A stretch of DNA of 63,218 nt, filler included, from Basidiobolus ranarum (GCA_040143965.1; 25 parts of 25 records of this genome joined end to end with filler, not necessarily neighbours in it), one strand, 5' to 3'; positions 24,672-37,959 are shown, counted from the first letter of the whole stretch. Made by a program: numbers and translations. Notes: generated by a model from the letters alone, not told the origin.

Positions 24672-25538
24672 GAATCAGCATTGAAAGAAGTAGATGAAAT
24701 AATGACCTTTCCTGACAACCAAGCTAATATTATCCGTCATTGGATTTCCATAATTAAGTTCTTCTACCTACCCCTCACGTTAGATATTGACAGTTTTTTT
24801 TGAATGGATGGCCGATTCCTCGTATATCCATGCATAAAATAAATATTCCCATTTTCTAATTTCGATGAGTTCTGTTTTCGGGTACAGTTTATCCGTTGAA
24901 GATTTATAACTTCCGTGGGATAACAAAAACTAGGTAATCAGGTTTGCTCTCACGCTACAGAGCTTACATGTCTGAAATCACATCATTCGAGTATCACTAG
25001 AATCTGATGATAGACATGTTTAAAAGTCCAGCGACATCTACAATATGCAGTTCGAAATGAGAATGGTATATATTCATGATTTTAGAATACATTGAGGCAA
25101 GAGTGGGGAGGAAGAGATACACCCTCGTTGGCTCTTTTTTGGTGTAAACATGGATTAGAGATGAGTCATACACTGGTATTAACAAATGAATAAACTGTTG
25201 TTGTTTTTAGAGAGAGTTCAGTTTCATCACTATCAGTTCATATGTCAAAATGGTTAATGCACTAGCAGGAACCGTTCGAATTAGGTTGGTAGGCANNNNN
25301 NNNNNNNNNNNNNNNNNNNNNNNNNNNNNNNNNNNNNNNTTAATTAATTAANNNNNNNNNNNNNNNNNNNNNNNNNNNNNNNNNNNNNNNNNNNNGCTGA
25401 TGCAGTTTATTATATAATTTCCCTGCAATTACACATAATTGAAATAGTTAGGATATTAAATGCAAACAGAAATTTTATTATACAGAATGTAGGGATTTTT
25501 ACCATGCTAATTGAAATTCTTAGATAAATAACTCATGC

Positions 25539-26427
25539 ATGCCATATCAGTCACTATCATGTCAACTCAATACAAGATTAATATCATGCTCTCCATCTAC
25601 TCTAAATGGCTTTCCTATCACCACCCTAGAAGCTATATTTGAGAAATATTGTGGCTCATATACTCCATTACCTACCAGAAAGCAGCTAGTCAATTTGTTT
25701 TGTTACTACAGAAACTATTGTCCAATCAGATTTTGGTGCACTATTAATGGTAGCAAAAGTGGGAGAAGATTCCATACCAGGCTTAAGAATTATCTAGCTT
25801 CAGTGATGAATCATGTTGAAGGTGCCTGGCACAAAAGATTTAGAGACTCTAATTTCCTTCCGTTTCCTGGAGTATTTCCCAATAGAGTTCATATCAGAAG
25901 TATTCTTAACACATTTCCTGTAAGAATTAACAGGCCTAAAAGCAACCAAAAGCCATTCTATTCTAGCAAGTACAAAGCCCACTGTGTAAAGTTCCAGGCT
26001 TTGAAAGATTTGGAAGGAAACATCATTTGGTTTAGGGGGCAACATCCAGGGAGACACCCTCACAAAAGGCTTTGGGTTGAGAGGCATGCACCATTTGTAA
26101 GATATGAGAAGACTATGGCTGCTTTGGCATATGTTGGGGAAGAATGCAGAAGGCTAGGATGTGTCACAGCTAACAAGAGGCCCACAGGAGGGATACTCAC
26201 AGAGAGGCAAGTGCTTTATAATGACATTTTTTTGCATTTTAGAGCAAGAGTATAACATAGCTTTGGTTTTCTAAAGAGATATAACATTGTAGCAAGAAAG
26301 TATAAAGGAAAATCATTTTGTGAGACTCAATCAAAGTTAGGCAAAGTCATCAAAATCTTGATTAATTCTCAATACATTCATACTCAAAGATGTCCATTGA
26401 GAGCTCTAGACTTACAACACTATGAAT
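25539..26427 (+). mobile_element. PIF/Harbinger or ISL2EU-like DDE transposase pseudogene
   Basis: ILNTFPVRINRP, FYSSKYKAHCVKFQ, MAALAYVG and YNDIFLHFRARV* follow the DDE_Tnp_4 layout, with the catalytic positions apparently lost. Confidence 0.72.
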
Positions 26428-27248
26428 AATGCTTTCATCATCTTTTGAATGTGCAATAATGTCTAAAAGTACTTTTCCTAAATATACCACATATGTAAAA
26501 TAAACTGTTTCCAAAATGGTAAATAACATTGTGCTGGATAGTGCCCAAGCATGGTAATTTGTGCTGGCTCACTTTTTGGCTGGCATGATTGGGCTCAATA
26601 AAATGAAACAAGTCTTTTAATTTCACAATCAATTATTTGATGTTATAGCACCATCCTCTATTGTGAGAACTAACCTGAGCAAATCCAATATAGTAGGCCC
26701 TGAGTAAGAATGGAAATTGCTGAGATCTACAGTGTTACATAGTCTAACCCTAAATAATGTGACCTACCCAATGATGCATATAGCAACTAATTATTGCTTA
26801 TCATATGCCAAATAACATAGATAAATCATATGTAATGTTAAATACTTTGTGATTGGCCTTGTTACATGTGTAAGTAGCCATCTATCAACATGCAATTAGG
26901 TGTGTATATATTTCCCTGAACATGGGATCAGCAAGTGTATGGTACTGCACCACTAAGGAACTTTGACATTTATAGGCTGGGGCATGATGTCAATCAATCT
27001 GAGAAAGTATGTAAATGTCTGTGAGCTGGTACAATTAGTATATATATGAGAGCAGTTGATCAGTAAGTGATCATTACCATTCTGAGTTCACTTAGGTATT
27101 GGAAAGACACTCAGTAATAGAGAGCCTCTTCTGTTAAAAAATTAATCTCAAGATAGTATCATTTATATTCATTTTTACCTAGCAAGCCTGACTAAATTGG
27201 CTTTAACTTCTGCACCAACATGTAAGTTTGCATAACCTAGGAAATTGC

Positions 27249-27626
27249 TATTGGGAAAATATGGGCTGTTTGGAGGAGCTTTAGAAAAGTGGAGTTGTGA
27301 ATAGCTTTGTGAGATAATTATTTATTGACCAGAAATTAAGCATTTATACATTTTGGTGGAAATACAGAAAACTAACACTGGGGTTGTGTTCAGAACATCT
27401 GTGGGAGTAAAATGAGCTATCTTTGGGGCAATTTGGACGAGTTTGAAATTTCCAATATGTAATTGCTAATTCTCACATAATTCACATATATATAAAATAT
27501 ATGTTCCAATTTGCAGCTAAGTGATATTTGACTAAATAATGTTGACTAACTAATATGTGATATATGAAATAGTTAGGTGTATAAAGATAGGGATAACATA
27601 TATGATAAAGACAATAAACTTCAACA
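27249..27626 (-). repeat. Solo LTR-B (378 bp) with 5-bp TSD ATTGC
   Basis: ATTGC at 27244-27248 and 27627-27631 flanks TATTGGG...TTCAACA. Confidence 0.93.
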
Positions 27627-27930
27627 ATTGCTGCCCAAATAGTATACATTTCAAATGTCATAGCTTTTAGTTTACTATATGAGATGCTTAAATCTTTTGG
27701 GGGGATAAAATCACCAGTCATATGAAAATATTTGGTTTATATTCTCATCCAAATAGAGTAAGAATTAGGACAGCAATCTCCTAAGATGCTGTGAAAGTAT
27801 AGGATCATATCTTTCATGACTCAGCTATTGNNNNNNNNNNNNNNNNNNNNNNNNNNNNNNNNNNNNNNNNNNNNTTAATTAATTAANNNNNNNNNNNNNN
27901 NNNNNNNNNNNNNNNNNNNNNNNNNNNNNN

Positions 27931-28485
27931 CAAATTCTGCAATCAAAGGCTCCAAGAAGCTATCTATAAGCACTGGTGACTTAGGTCCAGATCAGAGGAA
28001 AATCCGTGGCTAAATATTTTGAGGAAAATGCTGATCTTTCACCTATTCGTAATTCACTAACAAAGATGCAACATGTCCATTACGAACAACAATCAGATAA
28101 TCTTCAGAAGTTTCATGAGCAATTAGCTTCCTATAGTCTTAAATTTCCACAAAGGAAGCAAAGATCAGAGGAGTCCATGATCAAATCCCTTGAAAAATCA
28201 TCGGATGGCTTACGACAGGCTTTACAAAAGTTTGAGACTCAGTTGATGGTATACCAAGAAATTGGGAAGTCTAGGGGAAGAACTATGAATGAAGTGAGAT
28301 ATGCATTTTATGATTTAACTAGATCTTTAGGTACTGCAGGTCACTTTTCCGTCTACAAATTACAGGCTGAACATCGTGCTGGGTTACCAGCGCAAATTCG
28401 TTCAGAAATTAGAAGTATCAAAGGACTTCTGCTAAGTAGAAGGATGCCACTCAATAATCCTTTTCAACAGTCAACGGTGACTTGA
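27931..28485 (+). CDS. Hypothetical protein, probable 3' part
   Basis: 159-codon ORF with coiled-coil-like composition in CpG-normal DNA; no recognised motif. Confidence 0.4.
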
Positions 28486-30087
28486 GTTTAGCTGAATAAA
28501 TATTTACTCTTGGCATTTTCTGCTGAACATCTTATGATTGGTGGTCAAAGTCTAATATTCTACGCAAGGCTATTCATGGATAAGTTTAACCATCTCTGTG
28601 GAGGGGGGCTCCTTCGCTGTTGAGATATTCTTCAACCAGAACATTCATAAAGAATCCTAGAAACAATAAGATATTCTAGTTTAAGCTGCTTTACTGTTGA
28701 GTAACTGTATTATGGAATTCGCGGATTAACTAAACAAAGTTACCTATGATAAACATTATTGTCTTGGTTTCTCTGCTATCCCATATTCTCTGAGTGTGCT
28801 GGATTCATCTCAGAGACCAATGATGTTAATGACAAACGGTCTTACGTAAATCCACCATCATCTAAAGCGCAATATCAGCTCCTATCCTAGGTAAATCGTT
28901 TAATCAAGCCCATGAGAAACATAGGGGACCGTTGAAGAGCACAGAGCGGCACTTCGAGTGAAAATACCTTTCCTGACAATATTTCGATTTCCAAGGAACT
29001 TTTGTCCTACCACACAAAGTATATATGCTGGTACCTTGGTTCCAAAGAACGTCACTTCTCATGATGAAAGTCTAGATCCATCAGAGAATACTTGGCGTAT
29101 TTAGAAGTAACTTGAATGGAAAGTGCTTCCTAGAGGTGCCTATCAGTTGGAAATGCCATCATTGAATTTCCTAGTCAGCAAAATACTAAGCCTCTCAAAT
29201 CTGGCAATGGATACAGATAATTCTAAACTCGGTTCACGCACCCACAATAATATCCTAATCGTCGATATCCTGCTTTAGTATAATATCTCGCCACCCATTG
29301 ATATCTGGATCCATATACAGCAGCAAAGGAGTAGATGGAAAGTAATAAATTGCAACTACGTCAGAATTACTTGGCAGATTAATCCCTGTTTATTCAAGAA
29401 AGCAACCTGATATCACTTTCCCGTTCCGCCTACAATCAGATACCCTGGTGGCGATTAACTAGGAGGGCGGCCTACCATCGTGGTAACAAGAGAGGATCTA
29501 TTCGATCCATACTACCACGAGCGCGTGTTCTCTCAAGGCCGTCCAATAGATATCAATTGATCCCATAAAACAGCAATGAGCGCCTCCATCTCAAAGCTCG
29601 TATGATGTATTGAGGTCGGTAAGAATGCAAATACCCGATCTACTCTTTCGAGCCTGTTACCACAATTCATATGTACAGATACATTGCCAATTGAGGCCAC
29701 TCTGATGTATTTCCATCCCAAGTAACAGTGATTTGCCTTCCTGTTGATCCTTATCAAGCCGAATCAATTTCGGCTCGTGTAATGTCACAGGATCACAGCC
29801 TCCGTCGAGATCATTGTTACGATAGCGGCTACGTAAAGCAATGACGATATGTAGCAGCAGCACCATGATGAAAGGAAGTGTGCTGAGTAGAAGCCCTAAG
29901 AAGCATGACATCAACATAAGTATAACGAACTCACGCTTTCTAGATTGTTTATTGATTGGATACGAATACATAATTAGGTATGCCAATTCCAAACATGGAA
30001 GTAGAATTATCTTGTTTAATAAAGTTAATTATTTACGGCTATCATTTACACGCACTGCTAGTCATTCAAGGCAAAAGAGCATAGAAA

Positions 30088-30365
30088 TCATTCAAAGTCA
30101 TTCAAAATCTTTTCTTCCATATCCATGACCGGTTCACCACTCTCGGATTCGTCATTCTCAATCTCATAGGCAATCAACTCCTTCAGCTGAGATTCTAAGG
30201 TTGGAGATCCGTTGAAGAACTGTTCTATCGAGCTGAGCCAATCGTAGTCACTAAGTTCCTCCCTTTTAGAGAAAAGAGTGGTTTTAAACGTGTTGTATTG
30301 ATTCTCAGCGTCCTTGGGATTGCGTTGCTGTAGATGTTCGTGTACATTGATCAAGAATTGCGGAT
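30088..30365 (-). CDS. Hypothetical protein, C-terminal fragment
   Basis: Frame open from near the contig edge, with an acidic C-terminus; no recognised motif. Confidence 0.5.
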
Positions 30366-31032
30366 NNNNNNNNNNNNNNNNNNNNNNNNNNNNNNNNNNN
30401 NNNNNNNNNTTAATTAATTAANNNNNNNNNNNNNNNNNNNNNNNNNNNNNNNNNNNNNNNNNNNNTTCTAATTTCTTTTTCTGCTGGATAAACTTCGAGA
30501 TTCACAATTCTATATCGAGAACTTCGGAACACCAATGCCAGGAAAGTCCTGCTTCAGATTAGACTTCCATCCTTCTGTTGTTCCCTAATCCTATGGGACG
30601 GTGGCGTGCAAAGGAGGCTCAATGAGAATTCAAGAGCTGATGCATTTATTCTATGCACTCTCCCCATCTGCTGTATTATGAGTCAGATTCAACAAAACAT
30701 GTGTACACTGATGACAGAAAAGACGAAGTTATATCCCAACACGCTAGCTAGTGTAGGACATTTACTAGAATAACTGGAATTATTTTTAATGGGGATAAGA
30801 ATTGACTTTATTGAATGCCCAATTTTGTGTTCAAAACCATTCCCAAATTCGTGATTGCTGATGGAGATCTTGTCCGGATTCCACACGTTTTTGGATGGGT
30901 CATCAAGATATATAATACCAGATCATCAATATCGCTCCTCTTTACTTTTACCTTGTTGTATTTTGGTAGGGCAAAATCTTTGATTGATTACCATTATAAG
31001 AGTGATATTAACTTGCTTAGATTTTTAACATA

Positions 31033-31977
31033 ATGGTGAACCTTGTTGAGGAGGCCAAGCGTCAAGCCGCATATCAGGCTGTTGATAACCACATTCTAGA
31101 TACCGACCGTGTTATCGGTATCGGAAGTGGTTCTACTGTGGTCTATGCTGTTGAAAGAATCCTTCAACGTGCTCCTGAAAAAAATAAGAACTTGGTTTTC
31201 ATTCCTACCTCTTTCCAAAGTCAACTTTTGATCGTCGAAGGTGGTTTGACTCTAGGTGATCTTGATCGGTGAGTAGTGTAAATAATAGTTTGTTTAATGG
31301 TTCTTACTCACCCTTTTCCTTTTTAAGTTATCCTGAAATCGATGTTTGCATTGATGGTGCTGACGAAGTAATACTATTACGATTCTCTTATTTTTTGCAA
31401 TTAGAATGCTGATAGTTTTTTCCAATTAGGTTGATAGTCAATTGAATGCTATCAAGGGTGGAGGAGCTGCTCAACTCCGTGAAAAGGTAGTTGCCGCCGC
31501 AGCCAAGAGATTTGTTATAGTTGCTGGTACGTATACACGATGTTTCTTGAGAGTATTAACAAACTAACTCAACGATATTCAGATTTCAGAAAGAATTCCG
31601 ATGTTCTTGGCAAACAGGTATATCATCATTGGAGTGGATCTCCTTCAACTTTAACTAACGCTATTGTGAATGTATAGTGGAAGAAGGGAGTTCCTATTGA
31701 AGTTGTTCCTTTCGCATACAAGCCTGTACAACAAAAAATCAAAGCCATGGGTGGTGAAGCTAAACTTCGGATGGGTGGCAACAAAGCAGGGCCTGTAGTC
31801 ACTGATAATGGCAATTTTGTCTTAGATGCTGATTTTGGTTTAATTGAAAATCCGGCACAACTAGAAAAAGACTTAATCATAATCCCTGGTATCTTGGAAG
31901 TCGGACTTTTCATCAATATGGCACAAATCGCATATTTTGGTAATGAAGATGGTACTGTTGCTAGTCGCAAGCTATAA
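31033..31977 (+). CDS. RKI1: Ribose-5-phosphate isomerase A, 5 exons
   Basis: IGIGSGSTV, IPTSFQS, IDGADEVD, IKGGGA, KAGPVVTDNGNF and IPGILEVGLF motifs; introns 31269-31327, 31368-31429, 31527-31582, 31618-31677. Confidence 0.97.
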
Positions 31978-32997
31978 AGCTCTAAAGTCATTAGCAATTG
32001 CAATACACCAGGCTCGATACTTCCATCTCGTATATGTATTCAAATATAAGCGGCATTTTATCGAATAAAATCAGTTTTAAATAGAAAAAGTGTTTGAGCC
32101 ACATCTTGTCTATGGTCATAGCTTATCGCATGCTCCATCTTTTCGAGCTGGGAACGTTCGAATCCATAGGAATTGAAATATATTCATGCGGCCAAGAATC
32201 CACCCGGATTTGAATGTAAGCTTACGTGAACATTTGTAAATTGAAGAGATTAATGGGTGATTATTATATAGGCCGAGTCAAAATGATTCTTAGCTTTCGG
32301 ACAGAACAGTCAGGGCAGCATAAATGAGCGTGAATAGAATCCAGCGCTGAGCAGACGCACACCGCGTCTAGACTGTAGTTCAGCCAAATAAGGAAATGAT
32401 AATAGAAATGTGAATATTTCTAGTGATAAGAGTTGATTATAAAATATGTCTAACTGGTATTTCTCGAATTACAATAAAGTAAACTGCTCATCAAAACCAG
32501 AAAACAGAGTCTTGATTTACTGATAAAGTAGTCTCTGCCGTTCTCAAATACAGTATTTTACTCTAAAAAGAGACGATCTGAGAATTAAAGTTAGGACAAG
32601 TAGAAGATGGTGTTGAGACGTTTTACCTTTAAAGATAGTATAAGAAGACAGATTACAAGAATAGAAATAACACACCTTTCCACTTATAAAATGGATATGA
32701 GCAGAAAAAAGATGACAGATGTTCATTATTATGTTAGTGTATATACATTCAAAGAAAGTTGATATATATATCACTGTGGTATAGTCGCGTGAAGTACTGC
32801 CCTTGGGTAGATACTTCAATGCATATGATAGTAAGAATGTGTGTATGGGTTTGAATGAGTGAACAAAAATATAGACCTGTTGAACTTTTGGAGTGATNNN
32901 NNNNNNNNNNNNNNNNNNNNNNNNNNNNNNNNNNNNNNNNNTTAATTAATTAANNNNNNNNNNNNNNNNNNNNNNNNNNNNNNNNNNNNNNNNNNNN

Positions 32998-34711
32998 CTG
33001 TAGTTTGCATACTTGATGTTCTTTTTCTTTTGCAATATATCCCTCTGGTTGACCCATGTATATATCTTCATCATTATCTCCATTAAGAAATGCTGTCTTG
33101 ACATGCATTTGTTCAATCAGCATTCCTTGGGGGTTAGCAATGGCTAGGATTACTCTGATTGAGGTAAACTTAGCAACAAGAGAAAATGTTTCATCATAGT
33201 CAATGCCATGTTTCTTAGCATAGCCCTTTACTACTAATCTTGCTTTGTACTGGTTGATAGATCCATATGAGTTAAGTTTGAGTTTCAGCACCCATCTGTT
33301 ACCAAAAGTTTTTATTCCAGTAGGTAAGTCCACAAGGATCCATGTGTTATTCTTGATTAGGGAGTGAATTTCATCTTCAGTGGCTTTTCTCCATTCTGTT
33401 GCTTCATCAGATTTCATAGCTTGTATCAAATTTTCTAGTTCAGAAAATGCTATATGTGCAGATATATTCCAGCTTTTTCTGAACTGAAACCATTGATTTA
33501 ATGCTCTCATTTGAGACATCCAAAGTCTTTGGTAGAATGGTCAGATTTTTTTACTTACAGGATGTTTCTGAGTTCCACTTGGTAGGATTTCTGAGACCTG
33601 AATACCTGAATTTTGTGATTGATTCCATACTTCCAATAATTGATTGCATCCAATATCTGCCAAATTGAGACAAAGGATATTTCATAGGTATGTGATTAGT
33701 CTAAAATTATTGCCTTGTTTCTGAGACCTGATTGCCTGAATTTTATGATTGATTGAATACTTGTTATGATTGATTGCATCCAATATTAACCAAATTGAGA
33801 GTAGGATATTTCTTAGGTATGTGATTGGTCTAAAAAATTTTGCTTTTTTTCTGAGCTCAATTTCCTGATTCCTGATTGGCTGAAAAAATATCATTTTTAT
33901 GATATCATATTTTCCATTGCCAGAGATAATGTGCTGAATTCCCGAAGCTGGTTCTAAATTATCAGTATCCTCAGAGTAATTATCAGGTTTTCTGGTATAA
34001 ATTGGTGCATTTCCAGTGCTGCCTAATGTTTCACTACTTGTACAGCTGCTTGATTCTAGAAAATCATATGGTAGGTTGTTCTCCTTGGTTTAAGTACTTG
34101 TAGTGAAATTTGAGACAGGATTATAAGTTGCTGGTTTTCTGCAAGAAATATTCACCATAGGGATTGGTAATGATTTGAGCTTTGTCATATATTTATTGGT
34201 GGCTGAGGTTTTAGACTTTGTTGTAGATGTGAAATTTTTTAAATTTGGAAATTGTTGATAGATAATTTCAGATTCCAAATTTGGCCAAGTTCCAGTATCT
34301 GTTTCCAATGTATCATTTTCCAACTTGGTTTCAGTACTAGTTAGCTCAGAATTTGAGTTATTGAGAAATTGATTTTCAGCCAAAATCAAATTCCCCTGAT
34401 TAGAAGATTTGAGATTTTCTTCAATGAATATAATATCTCTGGAGTTGATGATTTGATTTGTGCCAGCAATTAGGATATGGTAGCCTTTGTTCAGATATCC
34501 TAATAAGATACATTTAATTGCCTTTTTTCCAATTTGCTATGCAGAGGTTTAGGAATAGGAGTATATACTATCAATCTAAAAATTTGGAGATGATTCAGAT
34601 TAGGCTTGTTTCCAGTCCATATTTCAATAGGAGTTTAGAGTCATGGTTGCTACATGCTGGAATTCTATTTTAGATATATGTAGCTGTTAAAATAGCTACA
34701 TCTCAATAGGT
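32998..34711 (-). mobile_element. Copia pol fragment (integrase C-terminus, linker, RT), degenerate
   Basis: NNTWILVDLP, YKARLVVKGY, GIDYDETFS and QMHVKTAFLNG motifs. Confidence 0.9.
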
Positions 34712-35429
34712 TATTGGGAAAATATGGGCTGTTTGGAGGAACTTTAGAAAAGTGGAGTTGTGAATAGCTTTGTGAGATAATTATATATTGTCCAGAAATA
34801 AAGCATTTTCATATTTTGATGGCAATATATATAAATAACACTGGGGTTGTGTTCAGAGCATCTGTGGGAGTAAAATGAGCTATGTTTGGGGCAATTTGGA
34901 CAAGTTTGAAATTTCCAATATAGAATTGCTAGTTCTCACATTATTCACTTATATATAATATATGTTCCAATTTTCAGTTAAGTGATATTTGACTAAGTAA
35001 TGTTAACTAAGTTTTATGTGATATATGAAATAGTTAGGTGTATAAAGATCAAGATAACAAATATGATAAAGACAATAAACTTCCACACTCCCACTCAACT
35101 AAATATTCATATATCTTAATCCTAACTTAAATCTTAATTCTTCAAATTCTGGCTTGGGTAATGGTTTGGTAAGGATGTCAGCAATCATATCCTCAGTTGG
35201 ACAGCACTGCAGTTGGACATGCTTATTCTCAATAGCTTCCCTAACAAAGTGATGTTAAATGTCAATGTGCTTACTATTGGGAAAATATGGGTTGTTTGGA
35301 GGAACTTGAGAAAAGTGCAGTTGTGAATAGCTTTGTGAGATAATTGTTTATTGTCCAGAAATAAAGCATTTATACTTTTTGGTGGAAATACAGAAAACTA
35401 ACACTGGGGTTGTGTTCAGAACATCTGTG
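34712..35429 (-). mobile_element. Copia-B: partial LTR-B (35275-35429), RNase H end, PPT, full LTR-B (34712-35087)
   Basis: Two same-orientation LTR-B copies separated by 187 bp that encode SKHIDI...ADILTKPL. Confidence 0.87.
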
Positions 35430-35529
35430 NNNNNNNNNNNNNNNNNNNNNNNNNNNNNNNNNNNNNNNNNNNNTTAATTAATTAANNNNNNNNNNNNNNN
35501 NNNNNNNNNNNNNNNNNNNNNNNNNNNNN

Positions 35530-37195
35530 ATTGTGGAATTTGAATGGTTATCTAATGGGGTTCAGATGGGTGATTATTTTATTAAAGCTAATATCATTGA
35601 ATGTATCGGTGACACTCCTGCCATTGGTTAACTTGGAGGTTTTTGTGGACACAATGCACTATCTTGCTGAAGATTTTGTAAAATCCATTGAGTTTACTCT
35701 AACAGGAATACACATTACTACTATCCAAATACAACACTAAACTTCATGATTTTACCATCAAGAGCCCAGTGAGATTTCAATATGATCACCGATATCAATT
35801 CACCAAATAGTCAGTCTAACATCAAACTTGGTATCAGCCGTAAGCCTAAGATTAGATTACTAAAGGGGATTAGCTGGAGCCAGAGCTTCCCATTAGGCAC
35901 TATGCACTTACTATTTAACAACATTCCAATACTGCTTACTCAGCTATATGGTGGAAAATTCAATATAAATGAGCCATTCAAGATAGCATCAGAGTATGAA
36001 TTGAATAGGAAAATGCTTGAAAATTCCAAGATACCCTCATATTTTACCAGGACTTCCATCAATATCCACTCATCTAGGCATTTATTTACATACAAAGACT
36101 GGAAGTATTAGATTTGTATATATCCAAGAGGTATTTTGAAAAGATTTCTGCCTGATAAGTATTGGCAACATTCTGAGTTGTTTGTCAATATTGTTAATAT
36201 ATTCTTATGGCATCAACTCACATTGGCTGATCTCTGACAGATATAGCAATTGTGCAAAGATTTTGTAATTAGATATGAGAAACTTTATTACAGGTTTAAA
36301 GAAGATAGACTGAATCTATGCTTGTATTCAATAGATACCTTGCTGCATCCTTCACAATGCTTAGAGAATATGGGCACTTGCTATACATTCTGGGAGTTCC
36401 CAAAGGAGCCCACCTGGGGTGAAATGATGCTCCATGTGAAATTGTCAGTATTACCATATGCTAATCTGATTAACAATTTATCAGTAAAATCAGTGATGGA
36501 TGTAATTGAATGGGTTAAGGAGACTCCAGAGTATATTTAACCTGTCAACAAAGGGCTCTTTTCAATGTGCTGATGCATTTTTGCAATGTATTGAGCACAA
36601 TAACAGCAACAAGGCTCAATCCATGGACACAGATTAAGCATCTCTGTAATTTGGACTAATTTGTTTGTATGATTATCTGATGGTTTTTCTAGGAAAGCTG
36701 CAAGACAGACTTCTTGATGAGATAGATCAAGATATGCAGTATTACCACTTTAGCCATGGGGTAATCTATTCAGGCAATGACACAGCTACCACTGGTTTAA
36801 CATTTATTGACTGCAAGTTGGGGTTAAATTGGCTGAATTCTTTTCAAGAGTTTGCCAAAATCCAAGAGCTTATTCTCATTGTGAATGGTAACAAGAGCCA
36901 ATCATTTTCCAAGTGTCAGTGCTGTTCAAAATTTCAGATGTTTAGCAATTTTTCCACCATTAGTTGGTTGGTGTAGATTATTGATGTTGTTGCATAATGT
37001 CTGATGAGTCAAGTATGTGCATATGTAGAGACTAAACACAACAAGATTCATGTATTTTTTGATTCTCATTATGCTGGGAATTAAAAGCCAAAAATATCTA
37101 AATAAAGGCATGCATATTATTTGAATTACTACAGCAGAAAACCTAGTAATTTCCATTCAAAAATCAGATTTTTGCCAAAATTGCAAGAAATTTAA
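35530..37195 (+). mobile_element. CMC transposase 3' half, degenerate
   Basis: FPLGTMHLLFNN, YEKLYY and YTFWEFPKEPTWGEM motifs; colinear with 10170-11760. Confidence 0.87.
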
Positions 37196-37848
37196 TAACA
37201 CTGTAGTGTTGGAAGTATTGCAACAATATCTTGCACATAATAAGTAGAAAGAATATTTGCTATTGCTATTTTATCATATTTTGACCGAGTAAGAACAAAA
37301 ACAAGACTATTTGATTGCTCATAGTTGCATCATTACTTCACTGATTACAATCATTTTAACCACAATCAAAAGCCCCTGAATTGGAGCTTTGCAAGCAAGT
37401 AAGAATCATAAGATTTGCTCAATCATTTGTGGAGCTACAACCATTTCAAAATTGCCAAAACAAAAATGAACACTAGTGTATATTCAGAACACAGGAATTC
37501 AGGACCTCAAGATGCTCACAAAAGTAGTGCTAACTTCTGAACCAGTCAATGGATTCTCTTCAAATTTTGCACAGAGCTGCGGCAGTACTTGAGGCTGATG
37601 TGTTTGTAGTGTCAAAGACACAGCTGCTATATCAGTGATCTTATTTGTACTTCAATGCTAAGCCACCCATTCATAGCATTTATACTCAGCCACCAATTTG
37701 TAGCATTTATTCTAAGCTATTTCTTTACATAGGCAACCCTTCCCCATAGTGAAAAAGCTTCTAGCCTTAGCACCATCAAAACCTGCACCATATTCTTTAT
37801 CCTTTCCTTAACTAGATACTCTACCTTGTATCAAAGTAAGATAATAAT

Positions 37849-37959
37849 CCCTAACAAAAATAAAATCGATTTGATCCGGATTGGATCCACCCTCCAAAAT
37901 AGCAAAACCGTCAGAGAACCGTCACAATATTGCTGGCTTGCATTCTGCCAGGGATTTTG
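37849..37959 (-). mobile_element. CMC right end, CpG-intact (young) copy
   Basis: CCCTAACAAAAATAAAATCGATTTGATCCGGATTGGATCC..., preceded by AT. Confidence 0.88.

Noticed and set aside
37196-37848. Possible further DNA transposon beginning CACTGTAGTG
   Set aside because: No matching terminus or recognisable protein motif.
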